Positions 50,371-63,000 of a stretch of 64,000 bases of DNA are shown here, piece by piece. A program made the position numbers and the translations under genes. Under the pieces are notes generated by a model, which did no database searches, was not told the DNA's origin, and saw only the letters and a list, made by a program, of their open reading frames with translations. Source of the DNA: Lingula anatina (taxonomy: Eukaryota; Animalia; Brachiopoda); contig CM120643.1 of assembly GCA_051362555.1 (NCBI GenBank), forward strand, positions 20,092,848 to 20,156,847. Reading direction: 5' to 3'. Position 1 is the stretch's first letter; each line of letters starts with the position of its first letter.

Positions 50371-52289
50371 ATGCTACGCAAGCTCATCGTGTTCAGCCTT
50401 TTGGTTGCGGGGTAAGTGTTGACGTTAGGTTATAACCGTTTAAAATTGACGTACGCGTCCCCCCCCCCCACGTTTTTAACTTCAAGAAACCAGCTTTGTA
50501 ATCATGACAGAGATCTATATCGTTTGTAAAAATTTTCAAGTCCTGAATCAGCAAAGTTTTCTTAAATTATTATTTACCTTCGCTTGTCTTCCTACAAAAG
50601 CATTGTCTATTTCGAAATTCATTCAAAAACACAAATTTGCGAAAACGCAAAAAAAAAAAAATGAAGCAGACAGTATACTTGGCTGAAGCCGTGAAGTTTT
50701 TTCTAAGTGAAAAAAAGAACAAGCATTTATCAATATTATCTGAGTTTAACACGCCAGGTGGATGCATTAAAAAGTTGGATAATTTTGCAGATTTGTGTAA
50801 CTGATAGTCCAGTTTGTATGTATTGTGATTCGTCTCTGTACTTTTTTGCAAGCCTAGTCTAGAGTAAAAGTATAAAAAATGTATTTTAATTTTTTAAATG
50901 TCAGCATCTTTAAAAGCGTTCTATGTATAACACTGGTTCACATGCTCGTTTATACATTCGATCATAGACAACACATGGTAATATTAAAAACTTTTCATTT
51001 CCAGAGGCTTTGCCTCCCTACACTATGACGAAGCTAGAGATGAAGCCCTAAACTATGACGACCCTAGAGATGAAGCCCTAAACTATGACGACCCTAGAAT
51101 GGTAGCTCGCGTGCCCAAACTTCGACACAGAAGCTCAGTGACCAATATTGGTAGGTTGTTTGCAGACGTTTTTTTTTTACTTCTTAATAAAGGACATAGC
51201 CTTTAACACATCTTGTGCATGTATTTTATTATTTGTTTTTAAACGTGTTAATTTGAATATATATTTTAGCCTTCTACATATATGTATATTGCACAAGAAA
51301 GCAATTACTCTCTTACCCCCTCTCTCTCTCTCTCTCTCTTTATATTTATAATATTTATAATTTTAGACTCAGTAGACCTAAGAGGAGCAGCCAACAGATT
51401 TACTGGAGCCCTGGGAATGGACCTTGCCGCTTCACCAAACCACAGACCTGTAGCTGTAGCGACCAGCTGGGCAGACGCCTGCATCTATGGAAGCAACCCT
51501 CGGCCGAACCCTCGGCCTTGGCCATACCCTAGGCCACACCCTATACCTGTATTGCCAACCATCAGACCCCGATATCCATGGGATCCTAGAATGGCAATAA
51601 TGAGGCCAGGAAATCCCTCAGTTCTCTCTGGCCATGACCCCTTGGCAAGCTTGAGCAAGCGCGAGATCAAGCCCAAGCGGAAAATAAACCGCGACATCGT
51701 GTTTGTGTTGGACACGTCAGGCAGCATATCCAGCGCGGCCTTCGAGCAAGCCAAAGAGGGCGTGGCTCTTCTAAGCAGCTCCTTCTGTCCTACCACAATG
51801 GGCAGTGGCCTGGGCGGAGAGAAACAGATAGCCTTGGTGCTGTTCGGAGACGAGGTTGAGACGGCAATCCCATTCACCGAGAGTCACGCTGGCGTTGACC
51901 AACTTAACCGTAAAATCATTGCCTTGCGTCATCGCCAAGGGTCTGCCACCGCCACGGCCGAAGCACTCCGTCACACTAGGACCAATGTTCTTGGCCAAGG
52001 AGTCAGCCGCCTTAACAACTCGGACACTGCCACTCACGTCTTTTTCATCACCGACGGCCGTTGTAACAGAAGGTGCAGCCAGCTGGCGGAAGAGGCCGAT
52101 AAACTAAGAGCAATGGAAGGGGTACAGGTTTTTGCTGTGGGCATTGACAATGCTCGCCTCTGCGAACTCGAGATTATCACTGGGAAGGGGTCTGACCTGG
52201 CGTATGGTCTTAGGGACTTTAGTCAGTTCGAGCAATTCGCAGAGGCAGTCCAGGAGATGGCGTCCCAGAAGCCAAACAAATGCGTTTAA
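50371..52289 (+). CDS. Secreted VWA-domain precursor, paralog C (369 aa, 3 exons)
   Basis: Exons 50371-50411, 51005-51150, 51367-52289 (1110 nt). Signal MLRKLIVFSLLVAGGFA, 30-bp in-frame repeat in exon 2, SWADACIY, Pro/Arg-rich segment, KR sites, VWA. Confidence 0.85.
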
Positions 52290-53695
52290 TGAATGTTCCA
52301 CACAGCACATCGAACACATTCTGGTGTCTAAACGCAATGATGCGTTAAATGTTTCGACTGTCTGTCGCATCTAACACAATTCATTCATAGTCTTAATTTT
52401 TGCGTGTTGATTTTGATATCAAACTGCAATAAACAGTGATAATTCCAGAATTATCAACCAAACACCGCATTAAATGATTCGCTGTAATTCGTCTTGTTTT
52501 TGTTAATGCCCTTGCGTATTAAAAATACTAGAAAAGCACTCAAAAGCGCAGACCTCTGCCAAGAAATTTATTAAATGTTTAACCACTAATTTTTTAATGA
52601 ATCATCAACTAAATCTACTCGCTTTTAAATTAGCCCATTTCTGACCTATCCTGAAAATTAAAACTATACACAAATTTTCATCTCGGATTCAATTTTAAGG
52701 GATGCTTAAAAAGGGTTAGTGTATATAAGAACATATAAGATTGCAGAAGCAACAACTATCTTCAAAGAAAATAGAATATTTACGACAGTAACGGTCGCTC
52801 GTGCAGTCTCTTCAAACAAAGACAAAAGTAATCCATTGCGGTTTTCTGCACCGTTATATCTTACTCCACTTTTTTTTAAATTCTAAAAGTCTCTAATTTA
52901 AAACTCGTTTATTGAGTTGAAAGGCTTATTTTTACAGTCAACATTATCTGCCTAGCATGCAGCCGTTTTTTCGTCCTGCGTCCTTGTCTTGTGGTTTATA
53001 TCCAAAAATAACTCAACGGGTTGCTTAAGAGCCTGGAACAGTCCACCACAATGTTTCGCAGCCACATGTCTGTTCATATCTGTTTTCTGCTAAATTACAG
53101 ATTGAATCCAGTGCTTTGCGTTTTATTAATAAAAACCGTGCAAACATCAGCAAAGCGTTCATCAAAAGAGGAACAGTATTATCCAAACGCTGATTCTCTC
53201 ATGCTATCGGAGAAGGGGAGAGTCCCGTTGGCTGCCCCTCTCAGTCATAAAACTGATGAATTCATTAAGGAAAAAATATGGGTCGAAACCTTAGGCAAGC
53301 TCGCACTGGAGTTCATTATCAATAGTTTTGCACAGGTAAACACTTGCGTGGACTTTGGTCCCTTCCGCATACAGTCGCATATTCTTTCCAAAGTTATAAT
53401 CTCAGTATTCAGTGAACGCAAAATACAGGATGAATAGGAAGTAAACACCTTTCAAAGATTAGCTCAAGTTTGATACCCATTTCAGGCCATTTCACCGTAA
53501 CTGTCAATCATATCTAAAACTGCGCCTATCCCCTCAGTTTCAGGGTGCCTCTGCCCCGGCCATTATAAACAAACAAATTTGGGAGCATCCGTGTTTGAGT
53601 CAAGGTTCCTAATAACCGCACGATTACAGGCGCAATAAACCGGAGATTTTAAAATTAGTAATTACATGTGCCTGGTACAGGAGTGGCACGAAGAT

Positions 53696-53708
53696 GTATA
53701 AATATAAG
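53696..53708 (+). promoter_or_regulatory. TATA box of paralog D
   Basis: GTATAAATATAAGG upstream of ATG 53772, conserved with paralog B. Confidence 0.65.
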
Positions 53709-53771
53709 GTCCGGTTGCTCTCCAAGTCCATCAAAACAGCAGCAGCATCAAGAGAGAGAGAGAGAGAGAAA

Positions 53772-54931
53772 ATGCTACGCAAGCTCATCGTGTTCAGCCT
53801 TTTGGTTGCGGGGTAAGTGTTGACGTTTCGTTATAACCGCTTTTAAAAAGGACGTTTTCCACCCAGTTGTGTATACGTTTTTAACTTCAAGACACCCGCT
53901 CTGTAATCATGACAGAGATTGAGATCGTTTGTGGATTTTTTAAAGTCTTGGATCATCAAAGTTTACTTAAAATATTAAAATAACATTGGCTTGATTTTAA
54001 ATATGTGCATCATTTCTTCAATACAGAATTACTGTCCAGTTCGAAATACATCTAAAAACGCAAATTGGTGAAAACACAAGAAATGAAGGAGAAAGTTAAC
54101 TTAGCTGAAGCCGCTAATTTTTTCAAGTGAAAAAAGGAAGCACTTATCAAAATATAATCGGAGCTTTAAAACGCCAGGTGGATAAACTAAAAGTCTGATA
54201 TTTTTGCAGATTTGTGTAACTGATAGTCCAGTTTGTATGTATTATGACTCATCTCTGTACTTTTTCACAAGCTCAACCTGGTGTCAAAGTATGAACAAAG
54301 TATTGTAATTAAAATTGTTATCAGTAACGAAAACTATTCATCGTCGAAAACTATTCATCGATAACATGTACCGGTAGTTAATTTCCACGTATTAAAATGA
54401 TAAAAAATCACCAGTCATGAATTAAAACTTTGACTTCTTGAACAAACTGGTACATTTTTTTTTTCGTTGCAGAACATACAGTAACTAGTAATTTTATTTC
54501 ATGAACTGTGTAAAATTTATCCTTGCACCATTTTAATGACAGCATTTTAAAAAGCGTTCTATGTATAACACTTGTCCACATGCTCGTTTATACATTCGCT
54601 CAAAGACAACACATGGTTATATGGAAAACTTTTTCATTTTCAGAGGCTTTGCCGGCCTAAACCTTGATAAAGCTAGAGATGAAATGGTAGCGCGCGTGTC
54701 CAAACTGAGACGCAGAAGATCTGTGACCAATATCGGTAGGTTATTTGCAGAGTTCATTTCACTTCTTTTATTAAAATAAAGGAGATAGTCTTCAACACAT
54801 CTTATACATATATCTTATTTTAAAATGAGTTCATTCTAATATATATAAATATAAATAGGCATAGTCAGAGAGAGAGAGAGAGAGAGAGAGAGGAGGAGAG
54901 AAAGAGGCTCAGTAAAATCTTCAGTGTTTTT

Positions 54932-55013
<82 letters not shown>

Positions 55014-55987
55014 TGCACACAAAAGCAATTTTTAAAAATTTTCAACTATGTATATGGTGTATTTTAGACTCAGTGGGTCTACGAGGCGCTGCTAACAGAT
55101 TCGCTGGAGCCCTGGGAATGGACCTTTCCTCTTCACCAAACTACAGACCTGCAGTTGTGGCAGGGACCAGCTGGGCAGACGCATGTATCTATGGAAGCAA
55201 CCCTCGGCCGTGGCCATACCCGAGGCCATACCCTAGGCCATACCCTACACTTGTATTGCCAACCATCAGACCCCCATTTCCATGGGATCCTAGAATGCGA
55301 ATGCTGGGGTCTGGAGGTCCCTCAGTTCTCTCGGGCCCAATAGGAGCCTTGAGCAAGCGCGAGATCAAGCCCAAGCGGAAAATAAACCGCGATATCGTGT
55401 TTGTGTTGGACACGTCAGGCAGCATATCCACTGAGGCCTTCGAGCGCGCCAAAGAAGGCGTGGCAATTCTAACCAGCTCCTTCTGTCCTACCACAATGGG
55501 CAGTGGCCAGGACGGAGAGAAGCAGATAGCCTTGGTGCTGTTCGGAGACGAGGTCGAGACGGCGATCCCATTCACCGAGAGTCACGCTGGCGTTGACCAA
55601 CTGAACCGTAAAATAATTGCCTTGCGTCATCGCCAAGGGTCCGCCACCGCCACGGCCGAGGCATTGCGTCACACTAGGACAAATGTTCTTGGCAAAGGAG
55701 TCAGCCGCCTTAACAACCCGGACACTGCCACTCACGTCTTCGTCATCACCGACGGCCGTTGTAACAGAGGGTGCAGTCAGCTGGCAGAAGAGGCCGATAA
55801 ACTGAGAGCAATGGAAGGGGTACAGCTCTTTGCTATGGGCATTGACAATGCTCGCGCCTGCGAACTCGAGATCATCACTGGAAAAGGGTCTGACCTGGCA
55901 TATGGCCTTAACGACTTCAACCAGTTCGAGCAATTCGCACAGGCAGTCCAGGAGAAGGCGTCCCAGGAGCCAAACAAATGCGTTTGA
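53772..55987 (+). CDS. Secreted VWA-domain precursor, paralog D (350 aa, 3 exons)
   Basis: Exons 53772-53812, 54644-54735, 55068-55987 (1053 nt). Signal peptide, RRRR furin site, SWADACIY, RPWPYPRPYPRPYP, SKR, VWA. Confidence 0.88.
54867..55012. repeat. Compound (GA)n ... (CT)n(AT)n microsatellite in intron 2 of paralog D
   Basis: A GA tract, then after a short spacer a CT tract and an AT tract. Confidence 0.9.
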
Positions 55988-57669
55988 AGAATGTGCCGAA
56001 TGGCACAGCTAACACATTCATGCTCTGCACTGGCGCACTCTGAATGCTTTGTTGACTGTCTCTCACAAGTTCACAACTTACGCATTTATTACACTGTGCC
56101 TTTCTTTCTATATGTCAAGCTTGAATAAAATGGTGTTAATTCCAGCAACATATGCTAAGTACTGCAATAAATTTTATGCTTATTATGCCCGATTTGTTGA
56201 TGTTCCACCAACTGAGGAGCCCATCCTTAGATCAATATAATCCGCCCCTTCACTAACGCAAGGCGTGTTGGGTTCTTACATCTACAGCGGGATTTTTTAT
56301 GTAAGAAGTTAATTCTAGGGGCTTTAATCTGACTCAAAGTCTTGGTATTGGTTCGAGTTATTCCCGGAGAGAAACACATCAACTTCGTTTTCAAACCCAA
56401 AAATAAATTTATTACCTGGACATTGCCTGGTTTTATATAAGAAATCGCAAAATTGCAAACCAAGTATAGAATATAATTTTTATTCAACTATTATGTTCAA
56501 TTTTGAACAGTTACATTCAATTTCAAAAGGACTTTAATTTAGTCATCATTAATGAATTATGTAAACGCAATGGATTAATAAATTGTAGTATTATTGACAG
56601 TTTAGAGAATTTCCATTCCTGTCTTTATCATCTAACCTCAGAACGCAGTCAGTCGGCTAATGCGGGCCGTGGGGAAAACCTGTCTAAATCCCGAAAGCAT
56701 CCTTTTAAAGTTTTAAACTTGAGTATAGCTCTTTCTACGTAATCAGATCATACACAGATTCAGGCAATATGATTTCAACTCGGGCATCTAAAACGTAGTT
56801 TCTCAAATGTATATGTAATTTTACCCTGAAATCGCAACTACCTGTATGATACAAGTAAAGAATAAAGCAAGCTTGCTTTGAAATATTTCAGATCTCACAT
56901 TACTCTGTAATACCGTCCATGTAAATATCAATATGATTTTTTTATCCGGAACAAAGGTGAATATGTAATGAAGTGGATATATTTGTCTATTAAAGCACTT
57001 AAGAAAATCTGAATATTAGTAATATGTGATTCTCTGTCTTGAGAGATGATTGTGTGCATCTAGCTTCCATCAAGAAGAGGAGACTGTGCTGTGCACAAGC
57101 TATCAATGTAAAATCTCTTCATTCAAAAGCATTTACATCAAGTCAGATTTCACAAAGATGTGAGGGTTGGTTAGACAAGGTTATTGTGCGGGTTAGATCT
57201 TCTCAAAAACCATACTGACGAAAAACTCCACATCATCAAAAGCACAATGTTCAAAAATGACTATTTCACTAAGATTGAAACTAAACACACACGGTCATAA
57301 GTGGTGGTATTTACCAATGACTCTGTGAGCAAAAATTATCTGCATTCAGAATGTAGATAAAGCAACTCAATTATTAAAATGATTATTATAGTAACCGTAA
57401 AGGTAGACTTTAAAAAAAAAAATTCACACAAAACCACACAAAACCATCTTATTCAATTGGTCATTTATGGAATTAAGAATGATAGTCCTGAACCTCAGTT
57501 TCTCTTAAGCTGTTGAAATAAAACGGTTCACTGTCATAAGCGAAAAATAAACCAACTATTGCAATTACAACTTACCAACTTATCATGTAAAAAGATGCCT
57601 CGATCCTCAGGAGTGTGATGACGGACTTATGGCCAAAAGAAGGGTTTCATCTGGGGGGTTGGTTGTTAC

Positions 57670-57769
57670 AATCGACATTTTGGAAAACTCCATTTTTGGG
57701 AGCCTGCAAATTTAAATTATAATTTAAATTTGCAGGCTCCCAAAAATGGAGTTTTCCAAAATGTCGATT
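57670..57769. repeat. Perfect 100-bp palindrome with no spacer
   Basis: 57670-57719 is the exact reverse complement of 57720-57769. Confidence 0.95.
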
Positions 57770-59640
57770 AATCAAAGCCAACAATTGCACTGTGAAATGT
57801 GCGTAAAAAAGTTTTATCAGTGTGGCAGACAATAGATATCAAAAGCATTTTTGTCACAAACTTATTAGGCCTACTCTTCTTACTCATGCGAAATATTTTG
57901 ACATGCCATCGGCCACCTCCGTTAGTCTTAATGTGACCCAATGGAGGTGAATGGGGTATTACAAAGATTACAGTTTGAACGAAAAGGAACATTCAGTGGC
58001 AGATCCAGGGTTATTTGAAGGGGGGGGGGGGGGGGGCGCAGCTGGATTGGGAGAATGCTAAGATTCTAGAAAAAGAAAGTGACTGGAGAATAAGAGGGAT
58101 AAGGAAGGCATATGGATCAGGATAACGCTTCACGATCTGAACAATATAAACAAAGACGAAGATAGATGCTCACCTGTACGATAGCCTCTTAGTACCACAA
58201 AAGCAGCACTGGGTGGGGGTGGGGGTGGTTCATGTCGCTGGTATTCTAGACCAGTGAAATAACCCTACCAGTGTCATATTGTGACCGATGAAGATCTGAA
58301 AGTTGGCCGATAGCATGTCAAAAAGTTTTGCACGAGTGATGGAGTTTTTCCAAGTTTGTGACAAATTAAAAGAGCTTTTGACCTCTAAAAGGTGTATACT
58401 ACGCGTTTCCTTGAGTAAATTGTAAATAGAAAACAATAGTCTACACTTGTTGACTAGAAAACAGTCTCCAAACATTCTTTAATTTAAAACAATTTTGTCT
58501 AAGACCTTGCACAAAATGCCATTTGTTAAATTTGCAGTGAAAAAAATAGTTGTAATATTTATAGATGAATGACAATTTAGTTCATTGTTTACACCCTACC
58601 CTGGCCAATAACTTACCTTGAAGGGTCTTAAATCCCAATGGTGTCACAACTTGAAATACCATATGCTGATATAACTTTCTCCATTTCAACCTTGTTAAAG
58701 TGGACCGTCATCAGGCCAGGCGCTCGGCAATGCTTTCTGTCTCAACTTCAAAATAGAAAAATGAAGAAGGCATTAGTTTCCCCTTTCACCTCTTTCAGGT
58801 TACTTTTCATAAATAGGGTGGAGCCAAGGGGCATTAGCCAGTGCCACTTTTCAATGGTTAGTTTATCTTGTCACATTTAACATCGGGATTTGTCGAAACT
58901 CTTTGTTATTTGCAGTCATGATATTATATACAGCTAGGAGATGGGCGAATTTAATCAAATAATGGGCATGTGCGAAGATGGCAACCTAGTGCAATTTAAA
59001 GGTACATACGAACCGAGCATCGGTGGAGCGTGGATTCCCAGTAACATATGTAAACCACTTCTACTAGTTTCTTATACGACTCTAATAAATTCGACATGCC
59101 AAGGGATAAACTGAATGAATCACCCGATCAGCCATAAAAGAGCTTTAGACTGCTCCTTTCCTTAAATTTTTGGTTGGAAATTTAACCTACTTTCGTGACC
59201 TACTGTACTTTTCTGCCCCATTGACATACAGCATAGAATGCTAGCAGAAAAATCTGTTCAAACATCACTTTCGGGTAAAATTAATCAATGCCTTTTGGTA
59301 ATTCTCTTAGTTTTACTACTTGAAACTATATCCTGGCATTTGGTTGGTTTTGTATGCATCTTTAATGCAATTCATCCGTCGGCGTTTTTCAAAGTCGCCG
59401 AGTAGTGAAAAACGGTTGCACTTTCACAGAAATAATAATAATAATAAAATAATAATAATAATAATAAATTTTCCATATTTGAGAAAAAGATGTTGATGAA
59501 AATATTGCATGGCCAAAATGGGTAGGCCCTACAAGTGACTTATCACGACAATAAAAAAACCATACAGCTTTGTTGGTATAGACTATCGTTATTTTCTCTG
59601 ATATTTCCAGGATTAATGCATATTGTTATGTATATAGATC

Positions 59641-59691
<51 letters not shown>

Positions 59692-60054
59692 GTTTGACAA
59701 TTAGACAATTAGATGCTGGCCTGAAATGGTATCTGAAACCATTTTTATAGGCCTCACATGTCACATCAGCGGGCTGTAGCCAGCTTTATCACGCCATTCT
59801 CCAAAACATGGTCTCGTTTGAAATAAATATATTTCAGTCCAAAGTCCCTTTCAAAACGAGGTTGATTTCGCTGAGCTTGTAAACAATTTATCACTTATAT
59901 CAGTCGAAATATGACACCTCATCACCCATTTCATTACAGTTTGGGTAATATATTTTGCATACGATCTAGTTCACATGCTTTTATCGTGTAATTTTATTTA
60001 CTCTTTTAATAGCGAATCAGCAGTGAGAAATGATTTGCACCGCGAAACCGGAAA

Positions 60055-63000
60055 ATGGCTGCTGATCTAGGCGTGCTGAACGACGATCTTCAGGAAAAAG
60101 TGAAGTCTTCTCGCATTCTTGTCGTTGGAGCAGGAGGAATCGGCTGCGAACTCCTAAAGAATTTAGTTCTCACTGGTTTTAAAGACATAGAAGTGGTAAG
60201 AATGCTGTACATCCTAATAATTTCCTTTTTGATCAACCTCAAATTTCGCTTTGTGATACATATCATTGTGCGAGTTATAATTAACAAAGACAATGCCAGA
60301 CTGGAGTATTAGTGACAAACAATAAAATGTAGAAACAGATTATTAAAGCTACTTATTTTAAACAGGAAATTTATGTTCCTGCTTATCATTAGGTCGTAGG
60401 CATTGTTTTATTCCTTATAAGATGGACTATTTGAAAACACATGTATACAGTACCTAATATCATATACGATATTGATAGTAATTTGTGATAACACTACAGC
60501 AACCTCAGGTGTAGCATAAAAATTAATGTGTTAGCTGTTCAATTTCTGGTCTCTTTTATGTACTATGTATGCTAGGGCACCCGTGAAAGATATAAGTGCA
60601 TATAACCGTAAAATGACAACCAGCTAGCACATCCACTGCAATGCATGTGCTCTCAAATTGTTATTTTACCTCTTACCACCTCAATTCATACACTAGTGAA
60701 AAGTCAACCACTCTTGCTGTCAACAACACTGTGACTTAGGTAAGGTTCATCAGCTCATCTGTCTGTATGCCACTGTGAAAATAAGACACCTGTTGAAGAG
60801 GGGGTTGAAGCAACCGTCAACACACTTCTGAATACTGGAAGCAGGCAAAATTATGACATGGTTTTTCAACAGCCAGGAAATGGGATAGCGTTTAGAATTG
60901 GATGCGGTAGAATTTGTTTGGCCCTCATGATCATTAGCGAGTTTGCTTCTGGATGGGAAACTATCCCAACTTACTTCGGATATATGTGAACTGTATTATG
61001 AGTAGTTCAATTATAAATGATCCATTTCAGATTGATCTTGATACCATAGATGTTAGCAATTTGAACCGCCAGTTTCTGTTCAGAAAGGAACATGTGGGAA
61101 AGTCCAAGGCACAGGTACGTAGTTTGTCCTCTAAATTTATACTTCAGGTTCGTTGTTCTACATAACACTAAAGGTTTGAACTTTTTATAGTTGAGGAGGA
61201 TACTTAAGCCATACAGTCTGTACCAATACACTTTGAGAAAGAGTCTTGCTATTATGTAAGAGAGTCACCTATTAGAGTGCATTCAGAACAGCAGTCTAAT
61301 AGATCTGCGGATCAAATATGGCGACCGACTGAAAAGCTTGCCGCTTAATTCCAAATTTGACACTGAATTGATTCTTCGCAATAAGCATTCAAGTGTTAAA
61401 ACTTTGTTTTTCTGTGAACATTAATTAATTTTTGTTCTGTCATATTCAGGTTGCAAGAGAAAGTGCCCTAAAGTTTAATCCAGATGGAAAAATAAAAGCT
61501 TATCATGATAGTGTGATGAGGTAAGGACAAAAATATGGAAAACGCTATAAATGTTTTTTTGCGTTAAATGTGAAGCTGGAAGATCTATATATATACATTG
61601 TTAAAAACCAAGTTAATCTGTAGCAGGTTTTAAATTCACGATAAGTAATTAATTAAGTCTGAAATTTTATACATTTATCTCCACCACTGAGATGAACACG
61701 GGGTATTTGCAAATGACGACAACAACCAAGTAGATCCAGACGGCACCTTTATTATTTCTGTTCTTTCTCTCTCTACTGCTGACCCTTGAGTTTACTGGGC
61801 CTTATATACAGTGAAGAGCCACAATAGGGCTTTTAAGATATAAGCATACATAAACAGGGAAGGGCCACAATAGGGCATTTAAGATAGACGTATACATAAT
61901 TCATTTATGAGATAGAGGACAGTTGCAATTGTTCATTTAGCCAGCATGAGCACAATCCATGATTTAGAGACAATAATGATATACATATATAGCCATGGTT
62001 TAAGACCATGAATATAATTACGGTTAATCTATGCATACGGTTACTGTATAAGCCATGAATATAATCAGAGTTAATCTATGTATACGGTTACTGTATATCT
62101 AGGTTACCATCTTGATCTAATATGTCTTTAGTGAGCATGATAGGGCTCCACATTTATGATCCATGCCTAATTACAAATGGCAATTCTTTCTGTTGTTTCC
62201 GTTGTTTGTGTTAAGATGTGCAAGTCAAGAGGTTAATCATGCACATACAAAATAATTGCCAATTGCTTAAAATAATAGTTTTATGTAATGAAACCTTTCC
62301 AATCAAGAACTGATTCATTAAAAATATATGCATTTACATAGTAAAAAAAGGTTGCTAGTGTGAAATCATACAAACCTGCATAAAATATTTTGAAGAGATC
62401 ATTTTAAATTATGTGTTGTCTTTTCAGCACGGAGTATGATACAGAGTTTTTCAAGCAGTTTGATGTGGTTCTGAATGCACTGGATAACAGAGGTAGTGTC
62501 AACCCATTTTTGTGTGTTGCAGACATGCTGAAAACTTTTTTTAGAATGGCCAGACATTTGGACTGGCAGTAATGAAAAAATTGCCGAACCGAATGGATTT
62601 TTGTCGTACTGAAAACCACCCTTTCGTTTGAGACAGATACTACAAGTACGATTAGGGTAGCTTACTTTGTTTGTGAATGTGATAGGTTTGAAATGGAAGG
62701 GAAAAAAGCTTTGGCTTTCATATAATTTTATTAGTGAAGTATGTCCAATGATAACAGTAAATTCAAAATTGCAGCTCTTAAAACTCTTGTCGGTCCTTTG
62801 GACTGACCAAGTACTATTTTTTTCCGGTCCAGACAAATTTTCCCGGTCATGACCGATCGGACCAACAGTTTCAGCATATCTGGTGTTGTTTGTTTTATTA
62901 CAAAAAAAGGCTGATAAATTTATTAATCTGTACCTTAATTAGTGCACTGATTAATTGTTTCCAAACAAAATCTAGCTTTTTTCAGCTAGCTAGATTCAGA

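Noticed and set aside
48720-55977. Conserved antisense and alternate-frame ORFs over the VWA exons
   Set aside because: They are shadows of GC-rich, recently duplicated coding sequence, with variable lengths and stops.
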